From Isurus oxyrinchus (taxonomy: Eukaryota): a stretch of 64,000 nucleotides of DNA. Positions 36,138-49,260 of the stretch are shown here, in pieces; positions within the stretch are counted from its first letter, which is position 1; each line of letters begins with the position of its first letter. The position numbers and the translations under genes were made by a program. The notes beneath the pieces are model-generated. The model had not been told where the DNA came from. It searched no databases and worked only from the letters and a program-made list of their open reading frames with translations. Where the stretch lies: assembly GCA_026770705.1 (NCBI GenBank), contig JANJGN010000013.1:38006001-38070000 (forward strand), written 5' to 3'.

Positions 36138-36294
36138 GGAACATAGGAACAGGAGTAGGCCATTCAGCCCATCAAGCCTACTCCACCATTCAATTAGATC
36201 ATCGCTGATCATCTACCGCAATGCCACTTTCCTGACTATCGCCATATCCCTTGATGTCATTAGTTTCCAGAAATCAAAAGATTTCTGTCTTGAA
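36138..36294 (-). mobile_element. CR1 3' end fragment
   Basis: gaacataggaacaggagtaggccattcagccc tail. Confidence 0.75.
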
Positions 36295-36810
36295 CGCAAA
36301 CTGAAGGGACAGCGCCTCATCTTCCGACTAGGCACTTTACAGCCTTCCAGACTGAATATGGAGTTCAAAAGTTTAGATCATGAACTCTCTCCTCCAACCC
36401 CACCCCCTTAATGATCCCCCTTTTTTTCCAATAATTTATATAGAGTTTTCTTTTCCCACCTATTTGCATTATTTTTAAATGTATTTCCACTGATTTGTTT
36501 TATCTCTACCTTTTAGCCTATTTCGATCCCTTCCCTTCACCCCACCCCACTCCCACTAGGGCTATCTGTACCTTGCTTGTCCTGCTTTCTACCCTTAATT
36601 AGTACATTCCTTTGATAATATCACCACCTTCAACACCTCTTTGTCCTTTTGTCTATGACATCTTTTGGCTATCTCCACCTATCACTGGCCCTCTATCCAG
36701 CTCTACTTGTCCCACCCCCACCCCCACCCCACCTTAAAACAGCTTATATTTCACCTCTTTTCAATTTTACTTAGTTCTGTTGAAGAGTCATATGGACTCG
36801 AAATGTTAAC
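36295..36810 (+). mobile_element. PLE 3' fragment (sister subfamily) ending at the hammerhead
   Basis: aacgcaaactg..ctcatcttccgactaggcactttacagcc (LIFRLGTLQP), 3' UTR, then agttctgttgaagagtcatatggactcgaaatgttaac (36773-36810). Confidence 0.85.
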
Positions 36811-37065
36811 AAAGATCCTATGTTACTCTTTAGAAAAAGAGCAGGGGAATCGACCTGGTGTTCTGGCCAATATCTATCTCTCAACCTATCAGTAAAACAG
36901 GTGATCTGGTCATAACCACAATGTTGTTTTGGGGACCTTTCTATGTACATACTGGCTGCCACATTCCTTACATTACAAAGTGACTGCACTTCAAAGGTAC
37001 TTCATTGGCTGTAAATTGTTTTGGGATTTCCAGAGATCATGCAAGGTGCTATACAAACACAGTCT
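36811..37065 (+). mobile_element. Deu-domain SINE fragment
   Basis: agagcagggga..cctggtgttctggccaata..gcacttcaaaggtacttcattggctgtaaa. Confidence 0.65.
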
Positions 37066-39326
37066 ATCTTTTTCTCTATTTTTATGGCCTTTTATGGCCT
37101 CAGCCAACCTTACTTCTGCAATCTCATCCAGCCTAACATGTTAGCAATTGCTCTTAGTTTTCTGACTCCAGCCTCCGGCACAGCCCCCTTACCCTTGGAT
37201 ATATCCTCGATGGCAGAGCCTTCATATACATGGAACGCCCCTTCAACTTTGCTTCTTTACTCCAAGTCTTAAAAAAACTTCCTCGAAACCTATTTTGTTA
37301 ATCATGCTTTGGGTCAAACTCCTATACTATTGCTTGGCTTTGGTTCTCCTTTGTGCACACTTTGATACATTTTCTACATGCATCAAGGTTGCGACATAAA
37401 TGCAAATTGCTATTGGTTGCATTTCCTTATGAAAAGATTACACTTGTATTATACTAACAATAGATTGATACCAGTATTGGTTTTATGTGACATTTACCAC
37501 AATCAATCCACATGATCCTTCAAGTAACAGATGAGTATCCAGACAAATATACACCAGTTATAACCTCATCTTAACTATTTCTTTTAAGAATCACTTATTT
37601 GAGGAACAGAGAAGAAGAAAAAATGTTAACAAAGATTTAATCCAATTTTTTTATTAGAACCAGTGGCATTCAACAGAGTTATAAATTCTGATGGAACAGA
37701 TTAATGTGCAAGCAGAACCCACATGTATGACTGGTTGTGAAAATTAAGTCTTGCTCCATGATTAGTGAGGTGTGTATCTTTTAAAATATTAGCTGTCTGA
37801 TGTTTACTTGAACTCTGAATGGGCTTTCTACAAATGTATTTGTTCAAATTCATTAATCATGTAGAAAACAGTATGTTAATTCAAGTAACTGTTACCTCGG
37901 TATTATTAGCTAGTTTTAGAAAGCTACATTGTCGAGGCAGTCCACTGTGTAATGACTTCCATTTATTCCAACTCAGATTGAAAGTGACCTTGTTAGAATT
38001 ATTCTTGCATCAAGATCATGCAAGCAAGAGATTTCAATAAAGAATCAATGTACTGTACTACGGAAACAGAGACCAAGATTAGATTCAATTATAGTAGCAA
38101 AAAAATATCCTAAATAACAGTTGCCTTTCACTGAAACAAATGTTCCAAGACGCCTTCTGTATGTAGATTTTTCAGTTAGGTTTGTAACCTTGTAACTTTT
38201 TGAATAGATTGCAGAGAAGAATGCAAAAACTGCTACTGCAGAGAATCACTTCCAGCTCCTCTGGAGACTGCCTCTCTTTCCCAAAGAATGTTCGTTTCCA
38301 TTTTAAAAAATGTAACATTCAAATTGCCGTAATTTTTATGGCATCTCTCTGATTTTCTTTTAAATCAGTGCTGTCAGCTAGTAGAGAACGCAATCTCGCG
38401 CCAAGGGAAGATGCTCTGATGTTTCTCCACTTTACACTAATAGTTTTACTGATTGAAAATTCATTCTAAGCCTAACCAGAAAGAGAATTGGGAGTCCCTC
38501 AGATACTATTGCATTAGAATAATTTATGATATGAAGTCTAGCAAAGCACAAAGCCATTTAAGGTTGTGTAAATCAGGAGAAATTGTTGTTCTGAATGTGT
38601 AGTTTTCACCAATGTAAACCCATTCTCTGTGGATATCAAGGGTTACAATTATTTTCACTGCGCTTGTTCTCATATGATAGTAAAATGGCCTTTCCAGAAT
38701 TTCAAGTATGCTATTTTCCTTGAGTCACAGTGAATGCCAGTATACTTGGTATGCTGCTACATTCGCAGGTCTGTTATTCTTACCATAAGAGACTGTTTAT
38801 TTGTGATAACTATTTCCTAAACCTATTGGCTTTGAAAGTGTAAAAGATAAGCATTATTGAATGGAATTGAATTGTCACACTGTTCTGATGCTGAGAGTAG
38901 TTCACAATAGAATAACAATCAAGCGGTGTGCAGGGCTTTGGAGTTCTGGTTGCTGTGATGAGAGCAATATGAAACAGATATTTGAACACCATATTTTTTG
39001 TTAAAATATCACTCCGCCAGTCTGTCTTCTTACCTTTATGCACAGAACATACATAATAATGGGCTGGATTTTAAGTTCACTGGCAGAAAGGGGTTTGGTA
39101 GCATGTGGAAACCCAGAGGGAAAGTTAGCAAATCTGTCAGTGGCTTTTGAACTCAGTCACTGCATTACCATATTACTCCGGGCTCCCTGACCAATTAGCG
39201 CGCATGGACAACGTTGACCTGCGTGAGTTGATTTCAACTCCAGTATTTAAAGGGATATCGCAAACATGAGAATTGATGGGTTCTGCAAGTGGGAATGGAA
39301 GACAGTGAAATGATGCCTGTCTCTTT

Positions 39327-40460
39327 ATGGGGTATGTGGAACATTCCTTGTTCCAGTCCTACTCCGGCCCCCTTCCACAACTCTTTCTCCAGTACATCGA
39401 TGATTACTTTGGTGCTGCTTCATGCTCTCGGCGGGACTTGGAAATATTTATTAATTTTGCTTCCAATCTCCACCCCTCCATCATTTTCACGTGGTCCATC
39501 TCTGACACTTCCCTTCCCTTCCTTGACCTCTCTGTCTCAATCTCTGATGATAGACTGTCCACCAATACCCATTACAAACCCACCAACTCCCACAGCTACC
39601 TCGACTACAGCTCCTCACACCTCGCCTCCTGTAAGGACTCCATCCCATTCTCACAGTTCCTTCGCCTCCGTCGCATCTGTTCCGATGATGCCACCTTCAA
39701 AAACAGTTCCTCTGACATGTCCTCCTTCTTCCTTAACCGAGGTTTTCCACCCACGGTTGTTGACAGGGCCCTCAACCGTGTCCTGCCCATCTCCCGTGCA
39801 TCCGCCCTCGCACCTTCTCCTCCCTCCCAGAAACATGATAGGGTCCCCCTTGTCCTCACTTATCACCCCACCAGCCTCCGTATTCAAAGGATCATCCTTC
39901 GCCATTTCCGCCAACTCCAGCATGATGCCACCACCAAACACATCTTCCCTTCACCCCCCCTATCGGCATTCCGTAGGGATCGCTCCCTCCGGGACACCCT
40001 GGTCCACTCCTCCATCACCCCCTACTCCTCAGCCCCCTCCTATGGCACCACCCCATGCCCAGGCAAAAGATGCAACACCTGCCCCTTCACTTCCTCTCTC
40101 CTCACTGTCCAAGGGCCCAAACACTCCTTTCAAGTGAAGCAGCATTTCACTTGCATCTCCAACTTAGTCTACTGCATTCGTTGCTCCCAATGTGGTCTCC
40201 TCTACATTGGAGAGACCAAACGTAAACTGGGCGACCACTTTGCAGAACACCTGCGGTCTGTCCACAAGAATGACCCAAACCTCCCTGTCGCTTGCCATTT
40301 TAACACTCCACCCTGCTCTCTTGCCCACATGTCTGTCCTTGGCTTGCTGCATTGTTCCAGTGAAGCCCAACGCAAACTGGAGGAACAACACCTCATCTTC
40401 CGACTAGGCACTTTACAGCCTTCTGGACTGAATATTGAATTCAACAACTTTAGGTCTTGA
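39327..40460 (+). pseudogene. Truncated PLE RT C-terminus + GIY-YIG ORF (377 aa)
   Basis: QYIDD, PFLDL, CPGKRCNTC, LVYCIRCSQCGLLYIGET; N-terminal RT motifs missing. Confidence 0.85.
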
Positions 40461-40859
40461 GCTCCCTCCTCCATCCCCACCCCCTCTCTGTTTCCCCCTT
40501 CCTTTTGTTTTTTTCCAATAAATAGATTTTTCTTTTCCCACCTATTTCCATTATTTTTAAATATTTTAAAATCTTTTATGCTCCCCCCACCCCCACTAGA
40601 GCTGTATCTTGAGTGCCCTACCATCCATTCTTAATTAGCACATTCGTTTAGATAATATCACCAACTTTAACACCTATGTGTTCTTTTGTCCTGTTGTTTA
40701 TGACATCTTTTGATGATCTGCTTCTATCACTGCTTTTGCCTAAAACCACACCAACCCCGTCCACTTCTCTCTATCTCTCTCTCTCTCTCTCCGCACCCCC
40801 CCCACCTCCCAACACCTTAAACCAGCTTATATTTCAACTCTTTCTTGGATTCGAACTCA

Positions 40860-40897
40860 AGTTCTGTCGAAGGGTCATGAGGACTCGAAACATCACT
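40860..40897 (+). ncRNA. Hammerhead-like motif, decayed stem III/I
   Basis: agttctgtcgaagggtcatgaggactcgaaacatcact. Confidence 0.55.
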
Positions 40898-40992
40898 CTT
40901 TTCTTCTCCGCCAATGCTACCAGACCTGCTGAGTTTTCCAGGTAATTCTGTTTTTGTAGTGAATTGACAGAATTGAGTGCACACATTCGAAG

Positions 40993-41210
40993 TCTGCACC
41001 TCATTTTATTGACACCTCTCTGGGTGTGATGCTGGGGGCTGTAAGAGCCCAGAAGGAGATACTGTTCCTTGCTGACGGGAGGAAGAAATCTGCTGGTGAA
41101 GCAAAGGAGGCATGGTTGGAGGTGATGGAGGAGGCAGCAGTAAGAGTGTGGTACCAAGCTTGTGGATCCAATGACAAAAGTAGTTTAATGATGTAAACTG
41201 GACAGGAAAG
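40993..41210 (+). pseudogene. Harbinger Myb/SANT-like DNA-binding protein exon, decayed
   Basis: SAPHFIDTSLGVMLGAVRAQKEILFLADGRKK..AWLEV..(frameshift)SSKSVVP..WIQ*QK*FND..GK|gtgagt. Confidence 0.75.
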
Positions 41211-41999
41211 GTGAGTACAGAAACACATTTGCCTACATCCTGATATTTGTATCACCCCCAACTTCCTGACTCTTCTTTCTGAAACCCTTTACAGCACATC
41301 ACGACCTCACATCCCCATCTGTCTATTCACCAGTGGCACTCACTCTCATATTTATGCACTGTGTTCCTCTCCCTCATGTTCACCCACAGCAAATGCTCTC
41401 CACCCACCACATGTTCCATCACTCTCACTCACAGGTCTTTTCTTACCCTTTTGGCAGGGGAAGAGAGAACATGAGGGAGAGGCAGAGAATGGGGGGTTGC
41501 CCTGCAGTAACCTTGGAACTGACAGCGCTGAACATCGGAGGAGCCTCAGCAGGCATGACCATCAGAGATGGGGGGGTCTCGCAACTACCTGGTGTCAGAA
41601 TTAAGTATCAGACAGCCACATGCCATACAACACTCACTCATGTTGACTTGCCGTTAGCAGTGAGTGAAATATGATCATGTGCATTATGATCACTTGAAAC
41701 CTTGACAGTTCTGATTTATTTCCCTGGGATCAAGTGTCCCACAGGAGGTGGTGCAGAAGGATGAAGATGCGTCAGAGAAGGTCACTCACTCAGAGGGTGC
41801 GCCACCAAAGGATTCATGCAGACCATGCACCAGCTCAGATCCTTACATTTCAGTGGACCGGTAAGTCAGATAGTTGGGTTTTCACCTAGTTACTCACACA
41901 CCACCAGTGAGTGAGAGCAGGTGGTGGAAGATGGTAAAAGGGGACATGGAAGTGCTTCCACTTTTGTTGCTTCTCCCTCCCCCTCCTCACTCATTTAGT

Positions 42000-42480
42000 G
42001 ACCCACACACCGCCTCGTGTCCTGCTGGCTGTGTCTATCCCTGTATACATGTAGGTGGAACAGCCTTTAACAAAGCAATCTCATCTTTCCAATAAGCACT
42101 TTACTGTCTTCCAGTCTCAACTGTGAGTTCAACAATTTCAGAACGTAACACCTGCCCCCACTGGTTTTGGTCAGGAGCTATTGGTAATGATTCTCCTATT
42201 CCGAGAAATACCTCCTCTAGATCCATCTTTTGTCTCCTTACTGGGCGATTTCCCATCTCATTTTGTCTCCCTTTCGTCATTTATTTTCTTCTGTCTTCCA
42301 ACCCAACAGAAACCTTCCTTTTTCTTCTTTCCTCCTCTCCTCTTTCCCTGGACTTGCTTACATCGCCAAACATTTCCAGTTCTAAAGAAAGGTCATTGGC
42401 CTAAAATGTTAACTTTGTTACTCTCTCCACTGATGCTGCCTGAGCTGCTGAGAGTTCCCAGTGTTTTCTGCTTTTATTGT
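42000..42480 (+). mobile_element. Old PLE 3' fragment with decayed hammerhead (42378-42415)
   Basis: ttccagtctcaactgtgagttcaacaatttcaga (GLNIEFNNFR-like); cagttctaaagaaaggtcattggcctaaaatgttaact; gatgctgcctgagctgctgag. Confidence 0.6.
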
Positions 42481-43989
42481 CAGTCAGTCAGTCAGTCTGC
42501 TGATTCTGACATAAGGTCTACAGGACCTGGAAACTGAAACTCAACCAAGCTCATTTTTACATTCCTTATCTCTTCAAAGCTACAACAAATGTTCTGCATT
42601 TTTTTTTCTATAAGACCTCATTATTTTAAGGGAAATTGAAATGAGCAAAACATTACAGTTTTAGTTGTACATATCCACATTTGCTTGCCAGTATTTTTTT
42701 TTCAGCAACACAGCAGAATTATAGCAATTTGTGTTTTTTTAAAGGAATTACATTCTCACATCTTTTCATTCTAGCACAGGATTCTATGAGAGTTTTGGGC
42801 GTTAAAGCAATGCCAGCACTCTCACTTACTGTCCAGGAAGACACATGCTTACATTTGTCCGTCTACGCCTTATTTCCCCAGCTATGTGACCAAACCTCAC
42901 CCCATAACTTAACCTTCTACGAACTCTTACAGTGCAGCTGGTTATAACCAGGGGTGGGGGCTAATTATTTAACAAAAGAAAGAGCACTCTTCTGTTTTTC
43001 ATGGAAAATGCACAGATCAAGTAAATTTATCAATTACTTCATAAAATACTGCTTGCAATGATGCTGAGATTCAGCTTGCTCTGTTATTAAAGATGCATGT
43101 AATCATATATTACTTTCCCTTTGATGCTTTCTTTATAGAAACTAAGAGAAACTAGCAACTTTTATTTTGTGAAGCAGAGGAGATCAGTATAAAGCTTATT
43201 GCTGCAGATAATTCCAGCTCACATTCTACACATTGCATGATTTGCTTCTCGTCTTACATGCAGAATGGATGCTATTCCCATGCAATACAATGCATTGCAA
43301 AAACCAATGCTGCTTCAGTTGAAGCCACATGATGCAATGACATGTCCATTCAGATCCTGTGATTCAATCATGATTAAAATTGGAAAAAAGTTGGAAATCT
43401 AATACTTGGAGGCCCAAACATTTCCATTTGCCACTCAAATTGGCCTGTCAGCTTGATTTGAAAAAGCCACTTTACATTTTTGAAGTTTCGGATTGATGAC
43501 CACGAATCCCAAAGGCACAACACTGGAAGTGGTGCGACTCTCCTCTCGTTTGCACTAGAATGTGACTCGTTTTGTTAGAGGGACGGGTTTCTATGTCTAA
43601 ACACTACATGGACGCTAAGCGATGTATCGAGTTTCGATATTTTTTATCCAAGATTTTCTAGCATCCCCAAGTCTTTCATTTCCATGGGGGTGTCCAAGAT
43701 GTTGCCACCTTGCATATTTGCTCTCCATAAAATCTTTGGCATGCAAGTGTGACTGTCGGGGTTCACATGTAACTGAGAAACTTCTGATCACCCAAGAAAC
43801 AAAAGCTGAGTTAGGGATGACTTGACCTTCCAAATAGTTCATTCAGAGAGAAGTGTGTATTACTAGAGTATAATTTGACAGCAAAGGCAAACCCACTCCA
43901 CAACATTAGACTGCAGTGAGGTCCCCGAGTAGAACAAAAAAAAATCATGTAATAGGAGATGTTGGGTTTAAAATGATAGTGGTGAGTAA

Positions 43990-45790
43990 CAACCAAGCTG
44001 TTCCATTACAAAACTGGCATCTACCTGACAATGTGGAAAATTGCCTAGCAATTTTCTATGTCCTGTACACAAAAGACAGGACAAAACCAAATCCGCTATT
44101 TACAGCCCCATTTGTCTATTCTCATGGGGAGGCAATGGTATAATGGTATTGTCACTGGACTAGTAATTCAGAGACCCAGGGTAATGTTTCTGGGGGGGGG
44201 GGGGGGGGGTGCGGTTTGAATCCCACCATGGCAAATAGTGGAATTTGAGTTCAATAAAAATCTGGAATTAAAAATCTGATGATGATCATGAAACCATTGT
44301 CAATTGTTGTAAAAACCTATCTGGTTCACCAATGTCCTTTAGGGAAGGAAATCAACTGTCCTTACCTGATCAGGCCTACATGTGCCTCCAGACCCACAGC
44401 AATGTGGTTGACTCTTGAATGCCCTCTGAATTAGGGATGGGTAATAATGCTGGCCTGGCCAGTGACACCCACATCCCATGAATGAATTTTAAAAATTCAC
44501 CAGCAAAATGATGGAAGATGTCATAAACAGTACTATCAAGTGGCACTTACAGCAATAACCTGCTCACTGATGATGAATTTAGGTTGTCAGGCCTGCTTGA
44601 AATCAGACCTCAATATGGCTTTGGTCGAAGCATGGAGCTGAACTTAACAGGCGGTGTGAGTGTGACTGCCCTTGACACCTAGACAGCATTTGACAGTGTG
44701 GGTGTCAAGGAACCTTAGTAAAATTGAAGCTAATGGGAATTAGGGGGAAAACTCTCCACTGGTTAGAGTCACACCTAATACAAAGAAGACAATTGTGGTT
44801 GTTGCAGGTCAGTCATCTCAGTTCCAAGACATCACTGCAGGCATTCCTCAGGGTAATGTCCTCGGCACAACCATCTTCAGCTGCTTCATCAATGACTTTT
44901 CCTCATCTTAAGGTCAGAAGTGAGGATGTTCTCTAATCTTTACAGGGTTTTCAGTTCCACTTGCAACTGTTCAGGTACTGAAGCAGTCTGTGCCCTCATG
45001 CAGCAAGACAGGGACAACATTCAGGTGTGGGCTGGTAAGTGACAAATAATATTCGCATCATGCTGCACCAGGCAATGTCCATCCAGTCAGAGAGAACACC
45101 TCCCTTTGATTTTCAATGGCATTACCATCGCTGAATTTCCCACTATCAACATCCAGGGTGTTACCACTGACCAGAGACCCACCTGGACCAGCCACATAAA
45201 CACTGTGGCTACAAGAACATGTTAGAGGCTGGGAATTCTACAGCGAGTAACTCACCTCCCGAATCCCCAAAGCCTGTCCACCATCTACAAAGGAACAAGT
45301 CAGGAACATGATGGAATATTCTCCACTTGCCTGGACGTGGGCAACTCTAACAACAATGATGAAGCTCAACACCATCCAGGACAAAACTGCTCACTTGATT
45401 GGAATCCCATCTATCACCTTAAAAATTCACTCTCTTCACCACTGGTGTACAGTGGCAGCAGTGTGTACTGTCTACAAGATGCACTGCAGCAACTCATCAA
45501 AGCTTCTTCACCAGTACCTTCCAAACCAATGACCTCTACCACCTCGAAGGAAAAGGGTAACAGGCAAATGGGAACATTACCATCTATAATTTCTCCTCCA
45601 AGTTACACAGCAACTTGGAATGATATCGCCATTCCTTCACTGTCACTGGATCAAAACCTTGGAACTCCCTCCCTAATAGCACTGTGGACTGCAGCACTTC
45701 AAGAGGCAGTTCACCACCACCTTCTCAATTAAGGATGGACAATAAATGCTGGCCTAGCTAGTGATCCTCAAAAGTGAATTAAAAAAAAAA
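43990..45790 (+). mobile_element. HER1-type LINE 3' half, decayed, interrupted by an HE1 SINE
   Basis: RT remnants (ALD..AFD, GIRGKTLHWLESHL, PQG.VLG-like), MMEYSPLAW..IHSLHH; tail gcttcaagaggcag-like..caataaatgctggcct. Confidence 0.8.
44126..44495 (+). mobile_element. HE1-type shark SINE (tRNA head, V-SINE-like core, HER1-derived tail)
   Basis: A box tggtataatgg, B box ggtttgaatcc, ctggttcaccaatgtcctttagggaaggaaat, tail shared with the LINE end at 45730-45790. Confidence 0.88.
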
Positions 45791-47019
45791 CTACAAAATG
45801 TAATGAATGAGATTCATGCTCCAGATTTGAGCATAACATCCTAGCACTTCTGTTTATTTTTTAGAAGAGGGATTCATGCTCTGTCCCTCCAAAAGCAGCC
45901 TCAGTGCGATCTCTGCCACTGCTCTAGGATGTACTACTATCTCTTTCCAGGATTTTCAGTAGTCGTGGCAAAAGGCAGGAAAATGGTGCCAGTTTCCAGA
46001 GCCTGCTTCTCCAGTGGCATAGCACAAGGTAATTCAAGTGCATCCAACCACTCTCCCTGCTTGGGTAGGGGAAGGCAAATCCAAGGCAGAACTGGTAAAG
46101 ATAGAGATGCAATGATACAAACTTCCAACTCCCCACTCAATTTCCGACAGTATAACAGAGGAAAATCAAAAGCCACATGTTCATGATTATCACAGGAAGG
46201 AGAATTCCAATTTAAATAGCACTTACGCAATATGTATGTGATTTTCTTCTTTTTTACATTTTAAATATATTGCTTATTGTAATGAAGTCTTGGATCAGAA
46301 GAAATTCAAAGTCATGCAATCCCAGTGACCTGATCTGAGGCATTATGACTTTGCTTCTGAATTACAATCTTGAACTTTGTAAAAGTGCCTTTTATCTTTA
46401 GTACTGTGTGGAGGAGTTCCAGAAAGCTGAATGGTTTATAAAACTCCATTTGACCAACAAGATTTATAAAAACACAATGTAGCCTTACAAACATGCTCTG
46501 CTAATCCGCAAGAGGAGCACACAAAAGTAACTTTTAACTCTATCCTTGCAGAGTCTGGTCCCCAGCTCCACAAAATCAGCCTGGGTCACCAACAGACCAG
46601 GTCACCGCCACCCCCCCCCCAAACATTTCCTCCTCCACACACCCCCGTACCCACCCCCCCACTCTCCCCCCTCCCCCCAACCCTCCAGTTCTTGACATTA
46701 AATATTCACTGCATTTCTCCCATGCCCCACCACCTACATCTCCCCACACCCACACTGGACCATTCAGACTTATCTTCTTCCAGTCCCAAATCTAGCAGAC
46801 CGCCCAGTTGCAGCCGTGTAATCTAACAATGATTTAATATGCAATACACATTTTTTAAATAGAGAATGCACAAAGAAAATCTTTAAAAACAACTGTCCAT
46901 AATATTGCACTACAATACTAAACTTCTTAAAGTGGAAGAATGTGAGAGTTGAGTATTCACAGAAGCCAACTGAGCATTACTCTCTTACACTGTTGAAATA
47001 CTGTACTATGATTTTTTTT

Positions 47020-47395
47020 TTAAAGTGACGGGCTTGCATTCAGAAAGCACCTTTCACAACTGCAAAATATCCCAGAGTGCTTTTTAACCAATAAAGTACG
47101 TTGCAAGTGTAGTATTATACAACAATTTGCACACAGCAAGCTCCCACAAACAGCAATGAAATGGATGACCACCTTATCTGTTTTAGGGATTGGTTGAGGA
47201 TTAAGTGTTGGCCAGGGCACTGGACTCTCCTCTTCTTTGATTAGTGCCATGCTCAGTTTAACATTCCACCTGAACAATGGCATTGCTAACAGTGCAGCAC
47301 TCCCTCAGTATTGCACAGAACTGCCAGCCTAGAGTACTTGAAGCTTGAACCCATAACTTTCTGACTCAGGAGTAGAGAGCCACAACTGACACTTT
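47020..47395 (-). mobile_element. Deu-domain SINE (SacSINE1-like)
   Basis: Minus strand gtgtcagttgtggctc..ctgagtcagaaagttatgggttcaag..tactgagggagtgctgcactgtt. Confidence 0.7.
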
Positions 47396-49039
47396 CTACA
47401 ATCTTTTAATTTTTAACAGCAAGTGTCAAAGATAACAGATGTAGCACTATGTTAAGTAATATATCAGTACGTAATTTATGAAGAAGAATGAAAGGTCCAT
47501 ATGAAATGAATGACTTTCATTCTCCAGATTTGTGAATTGCTTTCTGGCATTTTTCTTTAGTGATGACGATTGCAGTCAAGGTCTATGAGAACAGTTTTAC
47601 GGTTCATTTGCACTCATGCTTTCAAGCCATTCTTTTTATTCCCAACATTGTTAATTTCAGAGACCTGTATGTCTCGCACCATGTTTGTAATACCACAAAA
47701 CAGCATACATTTCCCTCTGTCACTGGGAGCAATGATAGATGTACAACGTCCCGAAATGCTTTTAACTATGCATTGCCAAGAATGAGCACTAAGAGATGCT
47801 TTCAATCTGACTTGAATCTAGTATTGGAAATCAATGTACAATGTCTAACATTTATGTATTATTGCTCATCTTTATATCCTCTTTCTGCAACCTTTGGTCT
47901 TTCGGAGCATTTCAGTTTGAAACAATGATCCTTGCAGGAGGGACATGCTCCAGGATTCACGATATGAGTAATGCACTACCATGTTATCATAATACTGCTA
48001 CTTCAATAAATTTACTGTGCAAATAATTATTGCTTGAGCCATTAATCAATATACAATGAAAAGTCCAAGCTTCATTTCTGCTGAAGGCTTCAAGATGTTT
48101 GGAATGAAATTGGTCGATGCCAGTACTGTCAAGTGGGCAGTAGTAAATTGTCAGCCTGTTTTCCAGTGTGCCAATTTTCTTTTTCAACAAAGTCAATGGA
48201 AAATAAAGTCAGGCACCTTTTTAAGACAGGTTGTCAATTTGCTACTGCTCATTTGCTCTACTGTCCAAGAGCAATCCCCTCTCCTTTTTTCGAATTATCC
48301 TTTAAAGTAACTACCTTCTAAGGAATGTATCATGCATGCGTACAGAGCCTCAATCTGTTACACATTTCTTGCCATTAAAAATAACAGTAGGATAAGTGAC
48401 ATTTTGACTGTGCAACCCCTAACTTGACCACCCAGAGGTGATCAGAATCTGAATCTATATATTCGGGACTTAACTGTTATTTTCGCCACCTGATTCTCTT
48501 CCATTGAAATACTATTCGGCGTTATGCTGCCCTCTTGCAGCTAGCTGAGCAAGCAAGTAGATCGCAGACTTTACGGTTTGCAACACAATTTTTTAATCAT
48601 GCCTTAATATTCATCCTTGATATCAAGAATGCAGAATTCTTAACTGCTAGCCTTTGACATAGCCGACAGGAATGATTGGTGAGTTGGATTATTGTCCTTG
48701 AGCACAGTATGAACAATTGTCCTGAACATATTTTAAAACACAATCTGTAACAATATAACCTGGCAATGAAACACTTCCCTTTCATATTCAATCAAGATTC
48801 AGAGTAATTTGAATATTCAGTCAATTGATGAGATATACAGGCACTTACTGTCAGGTTAAATAGACATATTATGTAGTTACTGCTTTAATGAAGATGTGTA
48901 GCAAAATAAAAATATTAGTAAAAGACATGGGAAATTATACATGTAGCAGTCTAATCAATTGATTTATTTCTTTTAAACCTTACATAAAATAAAATTTCTC
49001 TGAGCTGGATAGTTGTGAATTCAGCACCAAGTCTAGTGT

Positions 49040-49260
49040 CTTGGGCATATAATCCAAGCCAATGTCTTGTGCAGTACTGAGGTAGCGTTCCACTATTGGA
49101 CATGCTATCTTTCAGATGGGATTTTGAACTAAAGATCTGCCTACCTGCTCAGATGGACATGAAAGCTCCTGTGGCACTATTTGATGAGACCAGTTTTCCT
49201 AGCCAACATTTATCCCCCAGACAACACTAGAAAGACACATTGGGAATGTCTGCCTGACAA
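49040..49260 (+). mobile_element. Deu-domain SINE fragment
   Basis: gtgcagtactgagg..tctttcagatggga..ctgctcagatggacatgaaag..tggcactatttga. Confidence 0.55.

Larger units (their letters stand above)
39313..40956 (+). mobile_element. Neptune-type PLE, 5'-truncated
   Basis: Very similar to 31304-34267; probable TSD agtgaaatg (39304-39312)/agtgaattg (40958-40966). Confidence 0.93.
39061..41950 (+). mobile_element. Harbinger element derivative with Myb/SANT gene remnant, interrupted by a PLE
   Basis: TIR-like gggctggatttt at 39061; tatttaaa at 39244; Myb/SANT exon 40993-41210; second exon-like ERQRMGG near 41457-41540; right end not found. Confidence 0.65.

Noticed and set aside
39289-40137. Long Pro/Ser/Thr-rich alternative-frame ORFs in PLE copies (also 32333-32944 and 63146-63970) and antisense ORFs
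   Set aside because: Explained by the C-rich, stop-poor PLE sense strand and by recent common ancestry of the copies; no domain recognised.
44126-44225. tRNA gene
   Set aside because: The A/B boxes belong to a SINE head; no cloverleaf, and it is interrupted by poly-G.
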